DNA of 60,980 nt, counting the filler, from Asterionella formosa (lineage: Eukaryota), in assembly GCA_002256025.1 (NCBI GenBank). It is 9 parts of 9 records of this genome, joined end to end, with 100 filler letters (N's around TTAATTAATTAA, not from the genome) between each part and the next. Parts side by side here need not be neighbours in the genome. Positions count along the whole stretch, not along the records: positions 1 to 6,699 come from NKIB01012633.1; positions 6,800 to 13,496 come from NKIB01012634.1; 7 more parts are not named here. One strand, written 5' to 3'. Within the stretch, counting starts at the first letter, position 1; each line of letters begins with the position of its first letter. Under the pieces are notes generated by a model. The model searched no databases and had not been told where the DNA came from. It saw nothing but the letters and a program-made list of their open reading frames with translations. Of the stretch, positions 1-11,097 are shown in pieces. A program made the position numbers and the translations under genes.

Positions 1-1097
1 GATTTGGAATGCACCTGCTGTACCGTGAATGCATCTGTCCTACAATGTGGGGTGAATGGTGCCACTGTTGGGACCAGGAAGTTTTTGCGTGCATAGGGCT
101 CCATAACCTATCCAATGGCACACGCACTGTTTGATCTGTCAACAAAACTCCGGAATTCGCATTCCATTTTATTTTTATTTTTAGAAGTATGCATTCTTCT
201 TGGAAAGAATCTGCAAGTGGAATTTAGGGGCAATCTTAACAGAGATATGATATAATTTTTATTGCATCTTCAGAAAAAATGAATCTTTAAAGAGATCACA
301 TTTCACAAATACATCTCAGTAATGGGAAAACATCGAGTCATTTTCTTTGCGTTTTCCCAAATATGTGCATCACCCCTGACTCAAAATAATAGCAAAATTA
401 TAGTGATGCGGTTTAACCACTCCTGCTGCACTTCATCACTATCTTCCATCCCCTCCATCCAGAGTTGCCTGTCAAAATTACTGATGCTTAGTATGCATGC
501 GGTTGCAAATTCTTCACTTGTGCCTTGCCTCCTGAACAAGTCACATATGAAGAGGCCAAGGAGCGCATGACAGTCTTGGCAGAGGCGACAGAACTGAAGA
601 CATATGCAAGATATCATGGCAAAGTTGATCACAAAATTCGAAAAAAAATTGAGTTCTCAGGGTATTCATTAACAGAGGCCTTTTTACTGTGCTTTATATT
701 TAATCCTTGTTACATGCAGCTGGTGGCACTATCCCCATGATTTACATATCAGCATTCTACTCTTGCCAAGTCATATCAAGCAATCATATGTAAATGACTT
801 TTTTCTGGAACTACCCTTGTGACCTTTTCTGATTCTTTTTAATGAGTCAAGTGATCAAACCAATAACATTCCTTCATGACAGGGTCACTATCTTCCTTCA
901 CTTTGCTATCCTTGAATTCATAAACTATGACTATCAACATGGACCCAACAAAGTTAGAACAACCCAGCCATGTCACCTGTTTCTTGTATCGCAAGCACAT
1001 TTAAGGCATACGGAAGCAGTATGGGGGCAAAAGTCCCAACCACTTTCCTCATGAAATCAATTTCTTGTACATGTAAGTCATCCATTGTTACCTCAGC

Positions 1098-2050
1098 CCT
1101 CATTTCTGGGGAGAAAGTGCAGTTATGAAGAATCATAGATTTGTAACAATCCCAAAAATAGTCAAAAGGGGGCTATCAAGCTTTTAAAAATATCTACGAT
1201 ACATAACTGGTGCACTTTCTCTCCGGAAGTTAACTCTTGGTGTTATAGGAAACACGGCTATCTATTTTTTATCTTCATGAAACCCCGTAGATGTAGAGCA
1301 ATTGTCCTCCAAAAAGTCGACCTGATCGGCTTTTCAACATTTGCCAAAATATTGGAATCGGAATTTGTATGTGCGTAAAATTTCTTGTAGACATAGAAGT
1401 CTTGAGTAGGTGTGATTTGGTGTATATTTATCAGGGTAAGTTCCCATGTAATTACACATATTCTGATTGGTTGAATTTATTCACCTGCTCCAGATTGGCT
1501 GAAGTATTCCAGTCTTGTAAAATCATGCCAGCTACACTTGAACCACATGTATTAGATGTACTGTATACAAGTAGGAAAAATCAGTACCAGTACTAGTTTC
1601 GTCCTGTCTTCCATCATCATGAACCAAGATTATGTACTACTCCAGGTATACTGGTACTCTGGTACTCCTGTACTGATCTTTATATATTCTTTTGGGAGTA
1701 GAGTTATATTAAAACTACATACAGCAACGAAGATTCAATATGAACATATAAACCCAAACCATGAGCATACATGTTGGCATACTCCTGATTATGCAAGTGT
1801 TTTGGCATGGAGTAAAATCATGTACACAAACAGCAATGTAGATAAAGTACTATAAACATTTAAATATCATTTTGATTCTTTAAAATTGAACTCTATCAAT
1901 CTGGCACCGATTCCTATTTAATTCAAATATTCAAATGGACACTAGAATAATGGGAATTCATTCTAGAAGCAAACTCCTTGTTCCGTACTGTTTTTACAAC
2001 CCTAGCGACGTTTTCTCCAAACTAGGGTTAAGCCGGGGCTGCAACCTTAA
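1098..2050. mobile_element. Unclassified ~950-bp interspersed repeat, copy A
   Basis: Colinear similarity to 23674-26579 (same strand, interrupted) and 36649-37603 (reverse strand). Ends in GGGGCTGCAACCTTAA. Inverted arms at 1104-1126/1203-1228. Hairpin AACCCTAG..CTAGGGTT at 1998-2029. Confidence 0.8.
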
Positions 2051-2487
2051 GCTAAAAACATTTTGTAATACTCATTGCTTCAGTAGCTACCTAATGTTTC
2101 AGGATGCACCCAACCATTTAGCATTTTACACTGGTACCTGGTATCATGATCAAACAAAGTGTAGCAGAGTTTGCCGGTAAAATGCATACCAGTATATGAC
2201 CAGCAATTTTTTAAACCCTGATAGTGTACATGCGATTCTATTTTGTTATTCTCAACATTATGCTTCCACCCGGCTTTCCCTTGCTCGTGAGCCCCTTCGC
2301 ATGGGTCTTTTTATTGCTGGAAAAAGTCATGACTACATACGAGTATACCAGTATACCGGTACATTTAAAATAATTAGTAACACAACTACCGTTACCAGTA
2401 TTTCATATGATCCAACCTATTACAATTAGGGAATCTTGTACAGTACTTGAAATCCAGAACGAAGGATGTGTGGTTTTTCACTTTGGC

Positions 2488-2596
2488 CAGGAAAGACTAA
2501 TTTTGCAGACTTCAGGAAATTCCATGCATTTCCTGAAATTTCCTTACGTTTCCTGAAGTATCCTGAAAGTCATAGTCATTTCCTGAAAGTCATAGC
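2488..2596. repeat. Cluster of short TCCTGAA/TTCAGGA motifs, possibly subterminal repeats of a DNA transposon
   Basis: About six copies in both orientations within ~110 bp, including a duplicated TCCTGAAAGTCATAG. Confidence 0.45.
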
Positions 2597-3478
2597 CATA
2601 TGCTGTGTGTTCTCGTTTTTGCAATTAAAAGAATTCCACTATTTACTTCGCTGAACCGTGCTATGAACAGAAGATATTCCTTATATAGGACAAAATATGT
2701 CCCTGTCCGTTAACACGTTAACCGTTTGCTGAAAATGACCGCAATTTGTAGCTACAACAACCAGACGCGGTCATTTTTCTTAAATAAACAATTTAATATG
2801 GGATAGTGAGAGCTAGTACAGAAACTTGCAGGTACCTACGGTATGGACGAGTAGCATAACTACCGTAGTACTTGTGCAAGTTGCGGTCATTTTGCCACTT
2901 GCTGGTACATCCCGGATGTGATGTGGTCCGTAGATACGACCATTATTGTTATTATATAGGATTCTGACGCACCACCGTGGTGAGTTGGGGCTGGTGACAT
3001 TATTGTTTACATTGGTACTCGTGCCAGGGTACCCGGAGAAATAGGCTGTACCGATGACATCGATCATTCTGCTTTGTTCTTGTGTTTGTTTTGATATCAT
3101 AATAACTATTATTTTAGAGGAACTGGTACTGGTATGTGTTTTTATTCCACAAAAGAAGCCGGCGCTTAGTCAGAAAATAACGGTACGTATGCTAGAAAAC
3201 TTCGAAGACAGTTTTCGGGTCATACAGAAGTGTTGATATGAAAGAATGATACTACATACTGTACACACATGATACCGAAAGGATTATTCTTTGCTTCTTT
3301 GTATGACATAAATAAATATATTTGCATGATATGTAAAGAAGGAATGATTGTTCCATGATGATTCTTTTCACTTAAGTAAATTTGCTCTGTGCAGGAGTCA
3401 ATCTTTTTGCATAGACAAACGCCTTTTTTGTTAATATATTTCTAATTTGTCTCCTTCCAAAAAGGAACTATATTCAAC

Positions 3479-3568
3479 ATGATGTTGACTCCCAATGAGT
3501 TGATTTTGCGAGCAATTCCAGAAGGCCAACAACAACAACAACAACAGCAACCAAACAACATCACCACC

Positions 3569-3600
<32 letters not shown>

Positions 3601-6600
3601 CAACAACGAGAATCAGCATCAGCCAACCAACAGCAATTCAGAGACGAGGAACGATAACCATGATGAGTCCCCCTTGTTTTTGGAAACGACAACTGTTACA
3701 ACAAAAACAACTACTAAAAAGAGTACAAAGTCTAAAAAGGGCAAGAAAGTTGTCATTCAATATGATAAACACGGAAATATTATTGGAGAGAAAAGGGTAA
3801 AGATAGATGAGTTCGGGAACCCCATTAAGAAGAAGAAGAAGAAGAAGAAGAAAGCCAAAAGGCAAGAGGTGTCTGGAATTCGGCAATCTCCGGGAGAAGA
3901 AACGGTAGACATGAAGGATAGCAAGTCCTCCGTGGGAATCATGTCAGCCGCAGAGGATTCTCGGGTGGATCTTTTATCCCGTTCTTCCTCCTGGAAGGAA
4001 CCAACGAGGCTGCATCAAATGAGGTATGCTGGTAGTACAATTCCGTACGGTGTGCCGCCTGAACAAGCACATCAACACGACTTTGCCGATTTTGAAGAAT
4101 CCTTGGCCGAATCCAAGCCATCATCGTCAACTGTTGAACATAATAGCCGCTCGACGATGATGCAGACTATTGGTAGTCACGAGAACAAGCAAGAATCTCA
4201 AAGTGTGCTCCCGCTAGAATGTACACCATTGAAACCATTCGCTCAAGCGCCTCCATCGTCTGCGTCATCCTCACAGCAGTCCATGACAGAAATGCACGAA
4301 TTTGTGGTACAGTATATGATTTCAGCAGGAGTCGAGCCGGACGTTGCAGAAGCCATGGCGACTCTTTTTGAAGAGCAACAGCAACTTGGAATCGATACGT
4401 ATGCTTCGCAAAATGACGGAACGAGATCTCACGACATTGACAAGTTTGCCATGTTTAAAGACTATGATGACGACGATGAAGATGACGAAAGTATTGCAAG
4501 TGCTTTTGTTCGAGCATTGGCGCAAGGTACGGCGAGGGCAAGACTTGAGCAAAATGAGCGAGGTCTCGCTGCCTCTATGCCTCCTTCTGCTGGATCATGG
4601 GATTCTCCTGTTCGGCCGTCTCCACATGTGGCTGGTTCATACAGCCTGTCCATTGCTTCACTGTCTTCGGACGAAAGATCCCACAATCGTAAAGCCGCCG
4701 ATATGAGAACCTTGCTGATTCAGTACTTAATCTCGGTCGGTACCGACCCAGCTGCCGCAGAGCAAATGACGGACCAATTTGAAGAACAACAGTTGAAAGG
4801 AGGTGCTTCTTCAGCTCCACAGCGACATGCCACCATCACGTCATCAATAGGAAATGGTAGCATAATTTCTGAAGAACAACAGGAAGAATTGCAATTCTTT
4901 CAACACAAGCACAGAGAAGCCATGAATGGTGGATACCAACGTCAACACAGTGCTCCATCGAACGCTAACGATGATTTGTTGCGTCATGGTCCCATGACAC
5001 AATCCATGCCTGGTAGCATACGGCATCCTCGATTTTCCCGGGCTGATCGTCCCGGAGCTGTCGAGATGGAAGGTCGAGCTTTTGGTGCGCCTCGTCGGCC
5101 CGAAGGTGAACCCGGCTTGTCCTACGAACAGGAACTAGAATCAAATGGCGAAAGTTCCTCGAACCCTTATCTCATTGAGGCCACACCTGTGAAAGAAAAC
5201 GAAGTTGGTGACGATATCATATATGCGGAGACTGCTACTTTTGGACTCAAATACATACTGAGTGAACCAAAGTTTCGATGCATGTTGATATTTATCTTTC
5301 TCGTAGTTGTTAGCGTCACCGTTGGAGTGACGGTGGTTGCTTTAAAGGGCTCCGATGCAATAAATGCACCGCAGCCAAGCGTGATAGTATCTTCAACTAC
5401 ATCACCTACAAGATCACCTTCATCAGCTCCAACACGAATCGCTGCGGATATCGAGCAAGCTGCCGGCGCGATCTCCGGCTTCGAAAGCGTACTGACTGCT
5501 GACTCGCCTCAACGTCGAGCTGTTAGTTGGTTGTCGACTTTGGATGAATTCGATACCCAAGGCTTGGGCTTGATTTTCTCCGAACGATACCTCTTGATTG
5601 TATTTTACTACGCCACAAATGGTGCAGATTGGTTGGAACAAGAGAGGTGGTTGACTCCTACACTTCATATTTGTGACTGGAGTTTTGCAATCATTTGTGG
5701 AACTGATGCCACTCGACGCCAAATTGTTACTGGAATCGACTTTACCAGAAATGGACTAAGTGGAAATATTCCTGGTGAGATAAGTTTGCTTGATGGTTTG
5801 AATCTCCTTCGATTGGGAAAGAACAATATCAACGGTACCATTCCTGGTGAATTTGCCCAAATGACCTCGTTGACTCTCTTGGATTTGAGTACCAACAAGC
5901 TAAGTGGCTCAATTCCCAGTCAGATCGGATACCTTCAAAATCTTCTCTCGCTCGAGTTATATGACAACGTACTAACTGGGACTATCCCATCCTCAATCTT
6001 TGACCTTCGTCTAATGGCGACGTTGGATCTCTCCAAGAACAATATTACTGGGCTTCTCTCACCTAACATATCTAAGCTCGAGTCTCTCGGTACTTTGAAC
6101 TTACAGAACAATTCATTTATAGGCGGTGTTCCTTCGTTCGCTTCATTGACCAAACTGGACTTTATCTATCTTGATTACAACCAATTTTCTGGATCATTTG
6201 CAGATTCCTTTGATGCGGCGTTCGTTGGACGACAGGAGATCACCTTGTCACACAACAATATTTCGGGAAGTATTCCGGAACTTGAGTCGTTGAATATTTC
6301 TGCTTTCGCCAATGTCGCGTTTAAAATTCAAAGGATCGATATCTCTTACAATCAGATGACGGGCACCATCCCTTCAACACTGTCTTTGCTTCCTTCTTTG
6401 CGGTACGTCGACGTCTCGGGGAACTCGTTCGGGGGTCCAGTCCCTGCTCAAGAGTCTGGATCTTCAGGATTTGGGTTGCTTGGACACATAGGTATTGCCG
6501 GGAACAATTTCATTGGACATATTCCATTAGGATTGACGGATGCACTTACTTCCCTTGACTTATCTGGTAATGATCTTACCGGAGGGATTCCTCTCGAATT

Positions 6601-6699
6601 TTACAGCAAGTTTTCCAATCTTGAGTTTTTGGCATTGAGTGACAACCCGATTGGAGGGAATATTAGTGGACTGCTTGGAAATCTAGGGGCGCTTCGAGA
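3479..6699 (+). CDS. Type-II membrane leucine-rich-repeat receptor-like protein (diatom LRR family), 3' truncated by contig end
   Basis: Open >1070-codon frame. Low-complexity N-terminus (poly-Q/T/N/K, PGAV motif), one TM helix (MLIFIFLVVVSVTVGVTVVAL), Ser/Pro/Thr stalk, LRR N-cap (SPQRRAVSWL..ERYLLIVFYYATNG..W..CDW..IIC), then many LxxLxLxxNxLsGxIP repeats. Confidence 0.93.
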
Positions 6700-6799
6700 N
6701 NNNNNNNNNNNNNNNNNNNNNNNNNNNNNNNNNNNNNNNNNNNTTAATTAATTAANNNNNNNNNNNNNNNNNNNNNNNNNNNNNNNNNNNNNNNNNNNN
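6700..6799. other. Artificial contig linker
   Basis: 44 N + TTAATTAATTAA (stops in all six frames) + 44 N. Confidence 0.99.
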
Positions 6800-6889
6800 G
6801 ATAATATCATCCAGTTTGTCGTAGTCTAGATATGGCTCAGGGCCATATTCAGGAGCAACGTTCTCCTTCAAATGCTCGCCGTATTTCAT
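6800..6889 (-). CDS. 5' fragment of an SPX-domain protein, probably vacuolar transporter chaperone (VTC4-like)
   Basis: Translates as MKYGEHLKENVAPEYGPEPYLDYDKLDDII into the contig end. Matches the SPX N-terminal pattern MK(F/Y)G..L....PE(W/Y)...Y(L/I)xYxxL. Not in the ORF track. Confidence 0.78.
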
Positions 6890-7163
6890 TGTTTTCAAGG
6901 TCTTGAATAGTGGCTAATGGGTTTGGAAATTGGTTACAGAATCTAACTCCTTGATGGCTGTTGTATTACCGCCAGGTAAATTCCTGATCCCTTAAATATA
7001 CCTTCCACTGCATTCCAAATCACGAAAATAATTCATACCCGAAAGAATGCTGTTCCATTTCATTGGGACATGATGGTCAGGGCGATATTGTTATGATATT
7101 AGACCAGTGGCTGTCTGTAGACAATGCGTGATTAATACCAGTAGTCTGGGTAGGCTGACTGGT

Positions 7164-7190
7164 TGGCTGGCTGGCTGGCTGGCTGGCTGG
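7164..7190 (+). repeat. (TGGC)n microsatellite
   Basis: About 6-7 tandem TGGC units. Confidence 0.85.
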
Positions 7191-7204
7191 GAGTGTCGAA
7201 GGAA

Positions 7205-7596
7205 TGAATCTTCGCATTCTTATATACGGTACCAGTTAGTCTAGGTGGTTGGTAAACAGGTATATATACTGCTCCTACGACCAGGCCACCACAGAGACCT
7301 GTGCCTGCTACATCAACTACCGGTGTACAAGGTACGTACCGTAGTAACCAGCTACTCGGAGTACACTGGTAACAGAACGTGGTACCTGGTACCAGGTACC
7401 ATGCCTGCTACCTGCTACACACGCTATGGCGGACATCAGTGCGTTACCCTACCGGTTTTCATGCCGTATAGTGGTATTTGTACCAGTATTCAACCTAGAT
7501 TACATACCGGTACGTGTATAGATATTCAGTTCTCCTTGACGGAAATAAATATACCGGTATACCCGTGTATATAAATGTATACATCTGATGAATCTT
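7205..7596. promoter_or_regulatory. Two candidate PSR-type phosphate-starvation motifs (TGAATCTT at 7205-7212 and 7589-7596)
   Basis: Match YGAATCTH (recalled as the Phaeodactylum PSR site), ~0.3 and ~0.7 kb upstream of the SPX ATG. Short motif, so chance occurrence is possible. Confidence 0.3.
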
Positions 7597-9681
7597 GGCT
7601 GTGCATACTGTTTACTAGTAACCTATTTACAACCGGTCCCAGGTTACACCCCCTGGGATGTGATGAGCTTGCATACGGGTATCTTAGCTTCTCTCGGACT
7701 TCTGCAATGCCTGTAGACTCTACTCCTGCCTGTGGTAGAAATACTAGCACGTACTGGTATGCATGCATTTTTATCTAATATGAACACGAGCAAAGTTTCA
7801 GATTCGGGATATCCGGGGAATCCTTGTACATATTGGGAGGATCAAAATGGGTTGATTCCCTAGATTCTATTGCATTTATAGACAGTCGTGCAAATAATAG
7901 AGAAAGCTGTCCCCCAATTTTCAATACATGGTACCTGGTACCAGTAGCAAAGCGTCATTCTCATTTTTCATGGATATATTTGTTAATTTCGTTATGGTCA
8001 AGGCTCAGACAACAAGGTGATGCACCATGCATACTCCAGCCGCTCACGACAACTACCAGTGCACAGATACTCTGTGGTGCTATGATACCGGTAAATATAC
8101 ATACTACGGCAAAGAAAAGAATCGAATAATCTAAGCTAAATAATTGCCGTTATATACAAGCGCTTACGAGTGCTACCTCGGGTACCAGTACCATAACCCT
8201 GCTGAGCAGCATGAGTCCTCCGGTAGTCACCAGAATGCACATGGTGGAATGGCTGGCATAATAGTTATATTGGGTATCACTAGTTGTTATGTATGATGAC
8301 ACTAGCATGCGAATATTTCAAATCCTAATTGATATAGAACCGTTCATTATTGGTTGTTTTGTTCATCACCTTGGCCAGAAAAGGAGAACAATTTTGAGTT
8401 TGGAGAGAATAAAGTAATGTAAGCAAGACTTGCTTTTTAAAAGTTTGCACATGGAATATCAACAAACGAAGTAGTGGGGACCCACAACTTTCATTGCCCG
8501 ACAAGACTTGTTTTGGTTGCATATCAAGATGCAGTACAAGCTTCGTAGAAAGCAGAGAGCGACAAGGAATCAGGCAGTTTGACACGTTCCCAACAAGTAT
8601 TAACTCCCATTCCGGACAAGCGACAGAGTGGGGACTGCAATTACTTTGATCTGCAACAACTCATGGAAGAAGCAGTGGGCTCTTGAGATGCAAACCGTAC
8701 TAACATTGTTGTTGGTAGGCTTGTGCAGCATAGTATTGTATCTCAGTGGCGCAAGCAAGTTGGCAGAACAGTTATGATGAAGTTCAACTGCTACTGTATG
8801 CTTCCAAAGGAAACGATTTTCACAAATTTAGGAGAAAAGAATTGCAGAAGGTGTACGAAAGAAGGTGATCTATATGATGTCTTCAATCTGAATTTGGCCA
8901 GAAGGGCTTTGGAAGAACAAAGCCGCCAAGAGTTGGTTATTGAATGTACTGCCAACAAAAGGCTACAGGAAAAGTTCGATGCAATTGCTCTTATGATGGG
9001 CCAGATGCAGGGTACTATACAAAACAATGATCCCCAATAAAATTGAATCTGTCCCTATTTCTTCTCAATATTAATCCAATCGAAACTTTGGTCTGCCCTG
9101 CATTTGAGCTCGTGCGATGATTGGTCCAACAAACAATGCTGTCTTTCAACCCCATCTCTGTGTTCTCTGTTTTGGTTATCTCTTCTGGCTGTCTGTACAG
9201 CTTTTTTGCTACCTCTATGTAATGGAATCATTCATCTCAACATGGTGTATAGACCTTGCTGTAAATTTTCGAAATATCATGCCAAATTCTAGTTGCGCAT
9301 TCTTTTACGAAGTTCGCGTACTTCTTGAAAAGTACGCGCAACTATTATTTCGTCACAGCGAGTTTGAGCTCTGATATGGTATTAAACATCCAGGGGCAAT
9401 ATGAACATTGATTCCAATACATGGCAAGATATGATATATATCTGGCAGTATTAGTACACTGAGAGAGATCGAACGAAAAGACCTTAAAAGACCGCAAAAG
9501 AACGGGGAAAACCGGACATGCGACGTTTTTTTGGTGGTCTTTTGTGAATTTTTGCAAATCCGCGTTCTTTCGTGGTCTTTTTGAAAAACGTGATGCGAGG
9601 TCGATTTTGAATAAAACAAAGTTTTGTACATGACTTTTCGTACTTCGGAGTTTCCGTGAACTCCCAGCATGGTACCAGGTA

Positions 9682-10043
9682 AAAGTTAGTAGGTTTTATA
9701 GCCCATTCGCTCTCCCCTATTTCTAGGCAGGCATGTCATTGTGCTACTTGCCGACAAGACCTGTGCTTTCCTAGTTTTGTTAGCGTAGGTGAGTCCCCAA
9801 ACACCTTTCGCGAAATGTGATCGTCTTAGCCGCAGCGTTAGGGGAAACTCCGACCGCCTAGGAAGGCGGCACAAGCTGCTTGTAGGGGGGCAACCCACTA
9901 TTTCTTGCACACCAGACAAGACCGTGCGGGACGGTAAGGAGTGTGGGAGTCGAACCCAACAATTGCTTCTCAAAAAAATTGCGGGAATCGAACCACACAA
10001 CCTCAGATCAAAGGCAACGTGCTAAACCACTAAGCCATTCCCT
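9682..10043 (-). mobile_element. tRNA-derived SINE-like element with 16-bp target-site duplication
   Basis: Minus-strand head has A box TGGCTTAGTGG (10027-10037) and B boxes GGTTCGATTCC (9984-9994) and GGTTCGACTCC (9946-9956). Flanked by direct repeat AGCATGGTACCAGGTA (9666-9681, 10044-10059). No closing acceptor stem. Confidence 0.7.
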
Positions 10044-10170
10044 AGCATGGTACCAGGTACCCTATCAATAAAATAATAACTTGTATTCCAAGAGATACAA
10101 AGTCCGTGAAATATGAAAACTAAACACGATTCGTACTATAGTTGGTTTCTTCCTACTCAGTAGGTTGCTT

Positions 10171-10331
10171 GAAGTCAGCAAGTTGAAGTTAGCAGTCAGC
10201 AATTTTATGTCAGTAGGCAGCAAATGAAGTCAGTAGTTAGCGAATATTTCAAATTTTCAGCGAATCAAGTCAGCAGTTAGCAAAGCTAATGAAGTCCGCA
10301 GTCAGCAAGTTGAAGTTGGTAGTCAGCAATT
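10171..10331 (+). repeat. Degenerate tandem array of AGTCAGCA / GAAGTCAGCAGTTAGC motifs
   Basis: About ten AGT(C/T)AGCA units, often in a ~21-nt higher-order pattern. Confidence 0.75.
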
Positions 10332-10483
10332 CCGCTGTGAAACAAGATGGCAGCGCTTTTCAGTTTGAAACTTTGTAACGGTTACAGGTAATAACATTTT
10401 ATAAAAGTACCCTAAATATGTCACTTTACACATAAATTAGAAAAATTGTTATAGTAAACGGCATCTTAGATGTACGACAACAT

Positions 10484-10600
10484 GGGATATGGCTTTTTGG
10501 TAAGCACACCTTCCAAGGTGGTAGGTCCCATATTTTCCACCTGCTGTGTTCTTGTAGTCCCTAGGCTTCCTGGGGGGACAGACAACAGGAAGGTCTACTA
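10484..10600 (+). mobile_element. Degenerate SINE-like copy
   Basis: GGGATATGGCTT..TGGTAAGCACACCTTC..CCACCTG..TTCTTGTAGTCCCTAGGCTTCCTGGGGGG aligns by eye with 52692-52800 and 13109-13183. 3' end uncertain. Confidence 0.5.
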
Positions 10601-11001
10601 AGGCCGACCATCTGGGGGGCCAAGCGCAACTTCACAATCTCCCCAATTATCGAATCCTTTTAAAAAGGCGCACTATAAAATATAAGTGCTTTTTCGCGAA
10701 GTACAAAGTCAAGTATAACAAAGACTATACCAGCACAGACACAGAGGAGTAAGGAATCACCGGTATTAAAGAACCTACGGAGATTTCCGAGTTCCCCTAC
10801 AGGAATAATGATACAAACAGTGCTATCCTAAAAATGAAACACAGCACCAAACGAGCTATTTGAGAGTTTCTAAGTCACCGGCTTCCATTTTAGTATATTA
10901 AACCAATAAGAAGACACAAAAAGGCGGCGAAACGATTGCCAGCAAAACATCAAAGTTTTCGCCCGTCAAAGAAAGCCAATACAATTAGCTATTACTATGT
11001 C

Positions 11002-11097
11002 GTGATGGTGATGGTGATGGTGATGGTGATGGTGATGTTGATGGTGATGGTGATGGTGATGGTGATGGTGATGGTGATGGTGATGTTGATGGTGATG
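11002..11097 (+). repeat. (GATGGT)n hexanucleotide microsatellite
   Basis: About 16 units with two GATGTT variants. Confidence 0.97.

Noticed and set aside
1..1097. Possible decayed gene or cargo adjoining repeat copy A
   Set aside because: Only short ORF fragments on both strands with no recognisable motif; not shared with copies B or C.
9838..10010. RNase P/MRP RNA (GGGAAACTCCG resembles conserved region I)
   Set aside because: No complementary CR-V/P4 partner found; opposite-strand SINE features explain the region better.
9975..10046. Functional tRNA gene
   Set aside because: A and B boxes are present but there is no paired acceptor or anticodon stem; it sits in a TSD-bounded unit with decayed paralogues.
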